DNA of 63,806 nt, filler included, from Choristocarpus tenellus KU-1152 (taxonomy: Eukaryota > Protista > Phaeophyceae): the NCBI GenBank assembly GCA_964200185.2. It is 13 parts of 13 records of this genome, joined end to end, with 100 filler letters (N's around TTAATTAATTAA, not from the genome) between each part and the next. Parts side by side here need not be neighbours in the genome. Positions count along the whole stretch, not along the records: positions 20,842 to 27,499 come from CAXNAD020007632.1; positions 27,600 to 30,551 come from CAXNAD020023419.1; positions 30,652 to 33,411 come from CAXNAD020024981.1; positions 33,512 to 37,381 come from CAXNAD020017478.1; positions 37,482 to 41,075 come from CAXNAD020019060.1; 8 more parts are not named here. One strand, 5' to 3'. Below the pieces are notes generated by a model that worked only from the letters and a program-made list of their open reading frames with translations, made no database searches and was not told the origin of the DNA. Both the position numbers and the translations under genes were made by a program. Every line of letters starts with the position of its first letter. Position 1 is the stretch's first letter. This document shows positions 26,607 through 37,748 of the stretch, piece after piece.

Positions 26607-27230
26607 TCAGCTCCCAGAAGATGGTTTCCCTGCCACAGTTTCAGCTCCTTCACTTCCCCCTTCCACTCCCATCGCTGTGTCGTTCACGGTGACCACCTCA
26701 CCCCCTTCGCCCGAGGGCTCTTTCGAAGAGGCATCGACACCCCCACCCCCCTCTTCATTGCAGTTCACTTCTGAATGTTTTGAAGATGGGTCTTGGTTTT
26801 GAGAAGGGGCTGGTTTGACTGACTCTTCTGCTCGGTGAATCTCCACAGCCTGTTGTACCTGTGTCGCCGGAATGGCGGAATCCAATCCATGCAATCATTG
26901 CATCAAGGTAAAAATGAGTATCTTGCACTGTCTGGTTCACGAGAGCAAAAAACAGACTTGTCAGTCCATAGTAACAGTGTCACAGGCGACGCTCCCTGAA
27001 AAACGCTCTCAACAACAAATATTATCCAACTCCCTCACAGCCAAAAACCAACAGAAGGGCAACAAGAGAAATAAGACACGCAGATAACCAAGTACCCCCC
27101 AGGAAAAACTTTGGGAATTGGTCACATATTGGTTACATCAATTTCCTCCTCACCTTCTTCTCAGCTTCGGTCCAAAGGTGGTCACGCTCCTCCCGCACCG
27201 CCTGCCATGACTCTAGCAAATTCACATCTC
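26607..27230 (-). CDS. Hypothetical protein, probable 3' exons
   Basis: Candidate exon ~27230-27154 (DVNLLESWQAVREERDHLWTEAEKK, GTGAGG donor), an acceptor near 26932, and a low-complexity acidic ORF to 26607. The frame of the last exon is ambiguous. Confidence 0.4.
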
Positions 27231-27599
27231 TGTTTAGATTTTTTTATTTTGTCAGATGGAAGGAGAGGTCTGTTCAGTGGCGGGGGCACGCCTTGCAACA
27301 CTCACGTCCTAGGAGTACAACATGTACATGCCATGCAGACCTTTCAACTTGCCCAACTAAAATTAGAAACCACTTCAAATGTGCTAGGCACTGATCTGAA
27401 AGGACCGTTGGATTGAGGATGGCCACACCCCCCCTCCAGAACCCCCACCCCCCACCCCCCCCCCAGACCTCACCACCCCACGCAACCACCCACCACAAAN
27501 NNNNNNNNNNNNNNNNNNNNNNNNNNNNNNNNNNNNNNNNNNNTTAATTAATTAANNNNNNNNNNNNNNNNNNNNNNNNNNNNNNNNNNNNNNNNNNNN

Positions 27600-29248
27600 G
27601 TCAAACCCATCCTCCATGAAATGATCCATCCGCCATTATCATGATCCGCTGTTGTATGTTGCTGGTAGGAGAATAAAGTGGAAGCCATGCCTTGTGCTGC
27701 GGGAAACCTCTGTAAGATGCCTTCAAAGACACCGGGTCCGCCTTTGTATTCAATCCACAAGTAGTGCCGTAAGTGCGGTGGGTACCTCCATGGTATATGT
27801 GGTGTAAAGGATCCCGAACTTGACGATGACTGCAAATGTTTGTGTGACGGGCAGTGCTTGGCACTGCAGCAAGTCATGGGCGCTGATGGCAAGGGCGCAT
27901 TGTTATCGGCTTCATCGCTCAACTCGATGAACGGTAGCTCGTCTGGTGCTGCAGTCGGCAGCCGCGGGCAGAAATCTAGTGCCCTTTCCAGGAGGGGCCA
28001 TGGAACAAAGCAGTCCATCTTGACATTGGACACGAAGTCAGAAGTGCTTGACCATCTCAAGAACAAGAAGCTCAAAGTCGCTTTCGTCGCAGAAACATTC
28101 AACATCACCGAAAGGACGGCGAGGAAAATCCGGGCTGAAGAAAAGAAAANNNNNNNNNNAAGAAAATCATGGAGCAACTTCTTTCGAGACCGGGGAAAGG
28201 GAAAGCAAAGTCTCTTAAAAGGCCCAAGTTTCCCGAGGTGCATCTGCAGTGCTTTTGTATATGCGGTTTTTAAGCTGTGCGACTGTGATCTTTATGTTTT
28301 TGGTCGCGATGTTGAATCAATATATGGAGCGAAGTGCTCTTTTCTAGTCTGCGTTCCGTGAAGAACAGTGTCGCAAACTCTCGCTGACATGCCCCATTGT
28401 CATCACCATGTCACTCGTGAAAGGTTATTGAAAAAGATCTCTCGCTTTTTGAAGAAGTGCGGGATGCAATGCTTCCATCCAATCGAGCTACCCTCCAGAC
28501 ACTAGGATGGAAGGCGAGAGATCAGCTCCTTATGAAATTCTGGCAGAGAACACAAATGCTAGGGAAGCCGAGATGGGCTCGAGAACGAACAAGGCCGAGG
28601 ACATCTGAGTCCTCAAGAACCTAAAGGAGTAGTACCGTACGAGCATGTAGCGGAGTTGTTTAGCAAGTTGGAAGCGCAAGCTGCGCAAGGATGCATGGAC
28701 CAAGTGTCCTTTCTGCTGCAGAAGGCAAAATGGAAGGGATCAAGGCTGACTCGAGGAAAAGAATAGTCCAGAGTGACATTCGTCGTTTCTTTTGATGTGT
28801 TTGGCATATACTTTTGTCTCTGGGTTGCATCACAGTAAGATTACACCAGGAGAGCGAAAATATGTTTTAGAAAGACTGAAGAGACTCCGAGGTAGAAGGT
28901 ACATACAGTATTCTCCTTCCTTATGGCGAGGTGGGAGATGCGTATTAATACATAAACATCATTAGAAAAAAGCGCTCGTGATCGTTTCCATCCTATCCAT
29001 GAAGCTTATGATTCATTTCCCAGCTCATCACGATTAATTAGTCGATTCCACGATTGATTTTCCAGCTCACCACGATTAATTAGTCGATTCCACGATTGAT
29101 TTCCCAGGAATGCCACGATTGTTAGTCGATTCAACGATTGATTTCCCGGTTTTATACCGATTGGTACAAAATCGAATTTTATACCACATCAATTTTATTC
29201 AGCTTTTTCGGGCATACCCATGGGTGAACAAAATCGGGTAACCTACTG
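27600..29248 (+). mobile_element. pogo/Tigger-like (Tc1/mariner) DNA transposon, internally deleted, left end lost in gap
   Basis: Cys/His-rich N-terminus (CAAGNLC...HK*CRKCGGYLHGICG) and HTH-psq-like LTLDTKSEVLDHLKNKKLKVAFVAETFNITERTARKI. Then KRPKFPE, a GT-AG intron (28238-28423) and a CENP-B-like helix VIEKDLSLFEEVRDAMLPSNRATLQ. No DDE domain seen. Right end ...GGGTAACCTACTG|TA (CAGT terminus + TA). Confidence 0.72.
29010..29150. repeat. ~42-bp subterminal repeats (x3) of the pogo-like element
   Basis: ATTTCCCAG..CACGATTAATTAGTCGATTCCACGATTG repeated about 100 bp inside the TIR. Confidence 0.75.
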
Positions 29249-29401
29249 TATTATGTTTTGTGACATTTTGGAGATGTATCAAAGGGGGAAAACTAATGAG
29301 AATACTATTATTTTATATTATGTGCATCGTGTGATTCTGTGGCGGCGTGGTTCACTCAGGCAAGAGTGGTGAAAAGAATCACCGGGCAAGACAGACCAAA
29401 T

Positions 29402-29455
29402 GAACAAAGACGAACAAAGACGAACAAAGACGAACAAAGACGAACAAAGACGAAC
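29402..29455. repeat. (GAACAAAGAC)5 decamer repeat
   Basis: Seen directly. Confidence 0.9.
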
Positions 29456-29757
29456 CGTAATCGAGGCTATGAGGTTAAGGTCGGACAAGTGTAAATTGAA
29501 GAGTCATGAGCATCTTCAAAGAAGTGCTTCAGGACTACAAGTCAAGACATGAGAACAAAGTGGATCTTCCATGTGTGACAACTATGAATGGTCAGTTGTC
29601 TCAAGTATGTGGGACTGGTCTCGTGAAGAGATTCCATGGTTTCACTCTGACGGAAGGTCCGCCAGTGGAATCATGGATGCTTGACAAGGAACCTCAATCG
29701 ATACAACGGTATAACGGTATATGGCATACGGCAATGACGGTATAACAACAGACAACC

Positions 29758-30459
29758 ATGCTTTCCACAATTATATTATTTTTTCGAAGGAGGAGGGGAT
29801 GGGGTTGTGGAGGTGATGGAGGAAGGCAACGACGGTGCACGAGACAGGAAGGGGCAAGGAACAATGTAAGTGGAGGGCTTAACCCGGCTCTGGGAATAGA
29901 TACCCAGGTCTCGATTTCGCAGAACGGAGAAGGATGGATAGAGAACGGAATGGGCCCACATGGGGACGAGGTGGAGGTGGTCGAGGATGGGAATGGCAGC
30001 TCACGAGATAGGCAAGGGCAAGGGGGGAACATAAGCAGAGCACACCACTCCTCTACGGGAATAGGTAGACATGTTTCGTCTCTGCTGGATGGTGAAGCCC
30101 GGACGGAAACCCGAACGAGCTCACAGGGGGATGGGACCAGAGAGGTGGTAGAGGCACACGATGATGGTAGCAGGGAGAGGGACCTGCCCCTATACGGCTA
30201 TGAGGAGGAGGAGGAGGCAAGAGAGGAGGTTATAAGATATATTACAGGACTTCGAAAGCCAGCCTCCCCCACCAGGGACCCCAACACATGCCCATCCCAA
30301 CAACCACATCATGTTACACCGGAACACTGTGCAATCTGTTTTTCCGAGATACCACAGCCAGTACTCCCTTTCTCCTGCACACACTCACTGGATCTGGGCT
30401 GTGACTCGGCCCTATACCTCTGCCCCAGACTCCTACATCCCATCCCGTGCCCCACCTGT
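29758..30459 (+). pseudogene. Intronless ORF with degenerate RING finger, interrupted by a MITE
   Basis: CAIC-x12-CTH-x2-D-x2-C-x15-CPTC is a RING pattern with the fifth ligand replaced by Asp. It follows a G/E-rich low-complexity region. A family B TIR begins at 30460. Confidence 0.5.
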
Positions 30460-30551
30460 GGGTCAAAGTATCTGAGGGGGGGGGTGGTTTGCGAAGGGGC
30501 GTCCGTTTCGGTCAAACAACTCTTTTTTTCCTGACATTTCAAATCCGACAC
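30460..30551. mobile_element. MITE family B2, truncated by gap
   Basis: GGGTCAAAGTATCTGAGGGGG...GGCGTCCGTTTCGGTCAAACAACTC; same interior at 33870-33989, 49051-49211 and 49337-49501. Confidence 0.85.
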
Positions 30552-33500
30552 NNNNNNNNNNNNNNNNNNNNNNNNNNNNNNNNNNNNNNNNNNNNTTAAT
30601 TAATTAANNNNNNNNNNNNNNNNNNNNNNNNNNNNNNNNNNNNNNNNNNNNACCCCCTGCTCCTCCTGTGGGAAAAAAAGAACCCTTCCCCCCCCCCCTC
30701 CCCCACAAGCAGTAGCGTTGTCGTACCTTGAAAGAGTGAAGAGAGAAGATGGTGGAGGTTGTTGCCGTTTTGTGACTAGGACAGGGCAGCAATGCCTCAC
30801 GGGATGTAGGACCCGAGGTTAGCATTCATTTTTTTTTTCGAGTTTTTTTTGTGAGGGAGTAGTGTGTATACTGTGTGAGGCGTTGGAGGAAGCTGTTCCC
30901 CTTGAGCTTTTCGCTTATTTCGAGCGTCATCTACACTTGATTTTTCTTCGTTTTGCTTGTGTGGGGAGATTCAACTGTGATGATCTGAAGTTTACGTGGC
31001 CAGCCTTAGGGGTTTGTGCTCCTCTTTATCTGTTGTGCGTTGCTATTTCACAGGCAGGCTGGACTGAGATCAAGACGGCAAGGAGGCTGAGCGGCTTTAA
31101 ATTTAATGTGGAGTAATTCTGAGACAGGTCCAACACAAGATCCTATGGAGGAGGCGGGGTGGTGGGTGGTGGGATGGATTAACCCCTTGGGGCAAGAAGC
31201 AAGGCGCCAAGAGGCCAGTGCAAATACCTGTAAGCCAAAGTTAATGAGATTTTCCCAGGGTTACGTTTTAGGGATGCTGCCAAGTGTGCAAAACGTGGGG
31301 GAATTTTTGTAGAAATAAAATGTGTGTAAGGACCTTTCTGAACTATGTTGAATTTCGCAAACAATAGGGAAGTCAACGAGTGCTTGAGTAATAATCTTAA
31401 TTGGCACCTCATTAGTAGAGATACAATAGAATTACGAATTGAAAAAAAAAAAAGAATAAAAAAAAAAGTGACTGAATGTACAAAATGGCCAAAACCTAGG
31501 TGCCTCTCCTTTTTATTTTGGCCCCGCATCAATAGTGCAACAACACTATCAGTATATTTTATTCCTTACAGTGGTAGTTGGTATGGTACGAAGTGTAGCG
31601 TATGGTGCCTCTGACCACGGGTTGGGGAAAAGGATACAATCAGTGGGGTCCGGTCCAGTGGCGACAGTATCTGATGCTCCTGGTCTATATGCATGTCAGC
31701 AAACATCGACTAGACTGGTACCAGACAGGTTGCAATACTTGTTAGACCTGGTCCGGACATCTAAGAAAAGTGGAACATGTTCAGTCCGAGGGTTGCGTGA
31801 AGTTCCAATACTTGGGCGGTCTGAACAAGTCAGTGCAAATTAGAGCCGGTCCAGCCCACAGAACGGTCACTTTTGCATCCCTCCCGCCGCCTCATGGAAA
31901 TCCCTTGTAATAAGAGTTCGAGCTTAACCCGAGTTTGTTAGAGTAAGTGTGAAGGGGAAGGGAAGTCTTAGGCAGGGTCCACAGTGGTGTGAAAACATAG
32001 ATGGTACGATGCAAGGCCTGCTCCGATTGAGTGGGTGAAGGGATGTATACAGTACTATGAGTTAAAATTTTTTATTCCCACATGTTTTTGGGATAATTTG
32101 GGACGTTTTTGACTGCACAGGCCCAACCAAAATATTTTCCAGGCCGGTCCGGTAAACTTAACTTTTTTCTATCCACGACCATCAACTATTTTGAACTTGA
32201 CTGGGCCTTGTGCTGGGCCCTTCATTGGTCCATGGCTGTCAGCTGTTTGAACTTGTCCAAGCCACATGCTTGTGAGACACCAGAATGTTCTATCAGGGCT
32301 GGTTGATGACTTTCAAGTGGTTTCAAGACAACCAGGCACCGCAGGCCGACCTGTGGGTCACGGCCTGAACGCCTTACAATATTCGATAAATAGAAATGGA
32401 GCAAACGTTTTTTAATGTGTATATCCCTGACAGCGACATAGTGTGTGTAAGCAAGCCTTTGAGGTAAAAGGGAGCAGGCTGGGCGCTGGACATCAGTGAG
32501 CAAGTGCACCGAGGTCTTGAATGGAGAATGAAAACATTGAAGAGTGTGATTGAACCCTCTGAATGCTTTTCCAGGCAACACATATAATAATACTATGTAG
32601 TGGTGCAAATTGAGATAGTGAGGCAACGCCGCCGGAAGTGCTTCACTGTTGTGATGATTATGATAGCGTTTGCCCTACGATGAACACAGTCGGAGGTTGA
32701 TGGGATAACTCCAAATGTCGAGTTCTACTCTTTCCCAGGTGTGTAATTTTGGATTGTTGCATACAACACAAAGAAGGGCGACCGGCCTGTGAATATAGGT
32801 TGTGTTCATTGTGTGGGCAGTCCACACACAAAAAGCTGGGAAATTCCTGATTTCTGTGTTCTGAATAATCCGTAGTGGGTAGAGTGCTATGACGTTATAT
32901 ATGTGGAGGCTATTTTCTGGTAACGTATTATGTTATATATATATATGTATGTATATATATATAACTCCAACGTATGTGTAACCCATTTTCTGCTAATGTA
33001 ATATGTCCAACTTACATGTTTATTTATGTATATATATCTCCAACAGTGTCTTGTGCGGTCATATTGTGCTGCACACTAAATGGCTAGATAGCACCCTATT
33101 TTAAACACTTCTGACAACTGATTCACAGCTATAATGACGAGACTATGTATGCCTTATACAAAATATGTACATCTCTACCTATACCCAAACTATTTCCTTT
33201 ATCTACTCTTGTACTGCCATATCTTAGGCACCTATCACTCACTGCTTTTTTTAATGATACAAATGAAGTCAAGACTACTTCCTGGACACATAATCCCTTG
33301 GAGCGGCTGAGATTGGTAAGCAGCGAGTGCATAGCTACAATGCCTCCCTTGCTGGAAACCCCCCCCCACCTCTCCCCCTCTCCCCATCCCACCTCTCCCG
33401 ACCCTACCCCCNNNNNNNNNNNNNNNNNNNNNNNNNNNNNNNNNNNNNNNNNNNNTTAATTAATTAANNNNNNNNNNNNNNNNNNNNNNNNNNNNNNNNN

Positions 33501-34053
33501 NNNNNNNNNNNCCCCCCAGATACTTTGACCCCAAACCAACGAACAGAGCAACCCCGGAGCAGATAAAATCATTTTTTTGTATTCCTCGTAAACAACGGCA
33601 AAACACACCCTAACTGGCAACACTCTTTGGGTGCAAACCAAATCCCAGTCGTACACAAAAAAAATGAAACAGCCTCCCAAGTACACCTCTTCATCTACTT
33701 CATCATATAACTGCAACCAACACACAAAAACCAATAGACATATTCGAACAGACTCGACATCTGACACATGCAAACGTACAAACTCCTCCCCCAATCAAAC
33801 CCTGATTATCAAATGGTGGCATACATCCCAGTTATACATACTACGCAAGGACAGAAACGAACCTAACCAAGAGTCTCTTTTTGCTGACATCTCAAATCCG
33901 ACACGTACGACCAAATCACACCAAAAAGGGAAAACTCGAAAGAGAGTGAAAAACGGATGCCGACACCCCCCCCTAACATACTTTGTCCCTAGTGTAGGGA
34001 ACGATGTTTGATGTTAACGCATGGCGATGTTGTACAATGATGTAATTGCTTGC

Positions 34054-34162
34054 CTGTGTATTCGTCACTGGTCTTCTGGGTAACGCCCTCAGAGTATTTG
34101 ACGATGTCCAGGTATTTTGTACCCTCCTCCACATCCTCCCTCAACACGAGGTCCCTTTTCAT
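34054..34162 (-). CDS. Isolated candidate exon of an unknown protein (GC donor)
   Basis: CCACAG acceptor; open frame MKRDLVLREDVEEGTKYLDIVKYSEGVTQKTSDEYT; ends CAG|GCAAG. Confidence 0.4.
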
Positions 34163-34297
34163 CTGTGGATTTTATGGGGTTATATTAATGTGCACGATCA
34201 GGGCGTTTATTGTGAGGTGGCTTGATACGGACTCAAAAACGGTGGACAGATGAGATGATGAACCTCACACTCTGTTGAGTATCTCCTCGCTGAGGAT

Positions 34298-35255
34298 GTG
34301 TTCTATCGAACGGTAAAGGCCATCAATTTCCAAAGCGCGGCAAGACGGTTGGGCGGGTGTGTGTCGATTTGAAACAGTAATCCTGAGTAAAAAAACATTA
34401 TGTCAAATCGCAAAAGTGAAAGATAAGGATGAAAGGAATTTACGCGCCGACCCGGGTTAGATGTCGAGATGGCAACCATGCACAGGTTTATGCTTGACAT
34501 ACGGCAGACAGTAATGAGTGAAAGTATCCTTAGAGGGTACGAGTTTTACCCTCTTTGTCCATTTGGGGCTTGGCTTCCCATGATTTTTTTTTACATTTTA
34601 CCTACTCTGAAGTGTTTCATTCAGAGTAGGTAAAACGTGTATGTCATGAAAAGGTTGTGTCCGGAACAAGGACATTGACACTTCTTAACAAACACGATAG
34701 CCAAAATTTCATCAAAATCGCAACATTGGATTTTGGCCCCCAAACGGACGAGGCTCTACCCTCTAAGATACTTTGACTCAATAAATGGATTTGATGTGTT
34801 CTGTCAAACGGTAAAGACCATCAATTTCCAAAGCGTGGCAAGACGGTTGGGGGTGTGTGTGTCGATTTGAAATTAGAATAACCTGAGCAGGAAAACATTT
34901 CATCGAACTGCGAAAGTGAAAGATGAAGATGAAAGGAATTTATGCGCTGACCTGGGTTGGATGTCGGGAGGGCAACCATGCGCAGGTTTGTGCTTGACAT
35001 ACGGCAGATAGTAAAAAATGAATTTGATGTGTTCTGTCGAACGGTAAAGGCCATCAAATTCCAAAGTGCGGCAAGATGGTTGGGGGGTGTATATGTCGAT
35101 TTGAAACAAGAATCCTGAGCAGGAAAACATTACGTCGAACTGCAGAAGCGAAAGCATGAATGCACCAGTTTGGTACGTACATGTCGATTTTGGAACGTAC
35201 TTCTCAGTACAAATTTGGTATGTTCTGTCGGTCGGTAGAAGCGATCAAATTCCAA
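34298..35255. repeat. ~233-bp tandem repeat (3+ units), first unit interrupted by a MITE
   Basis: GTGTTCT.TC.AACGGTAAAG.CCATCAA recurs at ~34298, 34796, 35029 and, degenerate, 35221. Confidence 0.85.
34516..34779. mobile_element. MITE family A, complete, 3-bp TSD AAT
   Basis: aat[GAGTGAAAGTATCC...GATACTTTGACTC]aat; the neighbouring repeat unit shows the empty site. Confidence 0.92.
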
Positions 35256-35475
35256 TTTTAGGTTTAGCGGGGTTTCTGGACTAAGAAACGCGCGCGTGAT
35301 GATACCATCATGTGAGTTGTATCGAGATTGCATTGCGACGCGATACGAACTTTATCGGAAAGGTTCCAATGGTATCGGAGCCCTTACACGTTCGTATTGA
35401 AGGTGTCACCACGTCACACTCGACAGACGGATGTTGTGATGTGCGTAATTGCATCGTAGAATCTTGCTTCTATTT

Positions 35476-35734
35476 GAGCCAATGATGAATCTTAGAGGGT
35501 AGAGCCGCGTCCATTTGGGGGTCAAAATCCAATGTTGCGATTATGATGTAATTTTTGCCCTCGTGATTGTTAGGAAGTGTCAATATCCATGTTCTGGACA
35601 CATCTTTTCTTAACCAATTTACTTACTCCGAAGCATTTTGGAGTAGGAAAATGTCATTAAAAACATCCCATGGCAAGTCAAGTCCCAACCGGACAAACAG
35701 GGCAAAACTCGTACCCTCTAAGATACTTCCACTC
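35476..35734. mobile_element. MITE family A, 3-bp TSD TTT
   Basis: ttt[GAGCC...ATCTTAGAGGGTAG ... TACCCTCTAAGATACTTCCACTC]ttt. An internally deleted copy follows at ~35966-36140. Confidence 0.85.
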
Positions 35735-36254
35735 TTTCGGATCAGTTGTGTGATTACTCCCAACATATGCAACTGCAACCCATGTTCCAATTTCGGGAAA
35801 AGGTTCGGTCAAATTCGCTGTAATCAATTCAGATGATAGCCGCTGAATTGCAACTACGTCGACATGTTCGATGCAAGGTGAAATATGTCTCTTGGCGGAT
35901 TGGGATTAGTGTTCGAAATGTAGGCCATTTATTCTGGTTAGGGTTAGGGCAGGTATTATGGGTGCGGATCGAAGTATCTTAGGGGTAGAGCCGCGTCCAT
36001 TTGGCGGCCAAATTCAAATGTTGCATTTTTGCCGTAATTCTTGCCATCAATTTAAGTACAATGTCGTTGAAAACCCTTGGGTAGCCAAGTCCAAAAGAAA
36101 AAAACCAGCGAAACCCTCGTACCCTCAAAGATACTTTTAGGTAACATTGACTTCGGGGCTTACATTGTCAGTGACTAGGGTGGCAGAATACGGTTTATGA
36201 ATGGTTTCGATCCAATACAACATAGATCCAACGGTTGTGGTTTTAATTATACAA

Positions 36255-37345
36255 CTATTGACAGCTGGTGTGTACACTAACCCAAATGTAACAAATACAG
36301 GGCATCGAATGTGAAAACGTTGATGACACCACCATTGGCAGCTGTTGTGTAAACGATTGTAAAGGTAACAAATACGGGGCATTGAATTTGAAAATGTTGG
36401 TGTTACCACTGCTGACAGCTGGTGTGTACACTGTTGTGAAGGTAACAAATACGGGGCATTGAATTTGAAAATGTTGGTTTTACCACTGCTGACAGCTGTT
36501 GTGTACACGGTTGTAAAGGTAACAAATACGGGGCATCAAATTTGAAAATGTTGGTGACACCACTATTGATAGGTGGTGTGTACACGGTTGTAAAGATGAT
36601 ACATTCAGGGCATCGAATGTGAAAATGTTGGTATTACCACTGCTGACAGCTTGTGTGTACACTGTTGTAAGGTAATAAATAGAGGGCATCGAATTTGAAA
36701 ATGTTGTTGTTACCACCATTGGCAGTTGGTGTAAAGGAAATAAATACAGGGCATCGAATTTGAAGATGTTGGCATTACCACTGCTGACAGCTGGTGTGTA
36801 CACTGGTGTATAGGTAATAAATAGAGGGCATGGAATTTGAAAATGTTGGTAATTGCCACTGCTGACAGCTGGTGTGTGCACGGCTGTAAAGGTAACAAAT
36901 ACAGGGCATCGAATTTGAAAACGTTGGTGACACCACTATTGACAGACGGTGTGTGCACGGTTGTAAAGGTAACAGACCCAAAGTATCTGGGGGAGGGGGT
37001 CCATTTCGGTCATCATATCCAGGAAAAGTGCACTTACATTATCCATCCGAGGCATGGAACCAAATAATCCAAAAGCCGCGATATGAAAAATTGGCCCCAA
37101 ATGCACAGCCGCCACCCCCCCTAAATACTTTGAGCCAACAAATACAGGGCATCGAATTTGAAAACGTTGGTGACACCACCATTGACAGCTGATGTGTACA
37201 CGGTTGTAAATGATATAAATAGAGGGCATCGAATTTGAAAACGTTGGTGACACCACCATTGACAGCTAGTGTGTACATGGTTGTAAGCGTAACAAATACG
37301 GGGCATTGAGTTCGAAAATATTGGTGTTACCACTGCTGACAGTGT
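36255..37345. repeat. 77-bp satellite array (~12 units)
   Basis: Unit GGTGTGTACACGGTTGTAAAGGTAACAAATACGGGGCATCGAATTTGAAAATGTTGGTGTTACCACTGCTGACAGCT; period 77 (36421 to 36498). Confidence 0.93.
36975..37136. mobile_element. MITE family B1 inserted in the satellite, 4-bp TSD AACA
   Basis: GGT-aaca[GACCCAAAGTATCT...AAATACTTTGAGCC]aaca-AATAC versus the empty unit GGTAACAAATAC. Confidence 0.93.
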
Positions 37346-37677
37346 TGAAACCTGAATCGAATGCATCGTACATGTAGGTAANNNNNNNNNNNNNNNNNNN
37401 NNNNNNNNNNNNNNNNNNNNNNNNNTTAATTAATTAANNNNNNNNNNNNNNNNNNNNNNNNNNNNNNNNNNNNNNNNNNNNGCCCGGTGATTCTCTTCGC
37501 CACCCTTGCCTGAGTAAACTACGCCGCCACAGAATCACACAATTCACACCTTCCAAAGTTCATCTAAATCCGAAACTACATTCCTGTATAAAGATACATT
37601 CAATAGCAAGTTCCGACTGTTCTTTTGTTAGGTTGAAGAAGGTCGATCAATGACTCTGTCCATTTTGGCTCTATAAA

Positions 37678-37748
37678 GAACAGCCGATTTTAATAATTGA
37701 GGACGGAGCTTTTCATTGAGGATGGGGTTGGCCCAAAATTGACTGGGA
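37678..37748. repeat. Dispersed repeat, second copy at ~53909-53978
   Basis: AACAGCCGATTT.AA.AATTGAGGA.GGAGCTTTTCATTGAGGATGGG.TTG.CCCAAAATTGACTGGG on two contigs. Confidence 0.8.

Noticed and set aside
36137-37366. Numerous Cys/His-rich ORFs
   Set aside because: Translations of the 77-bp satellite, whose period is not a multiple of three.
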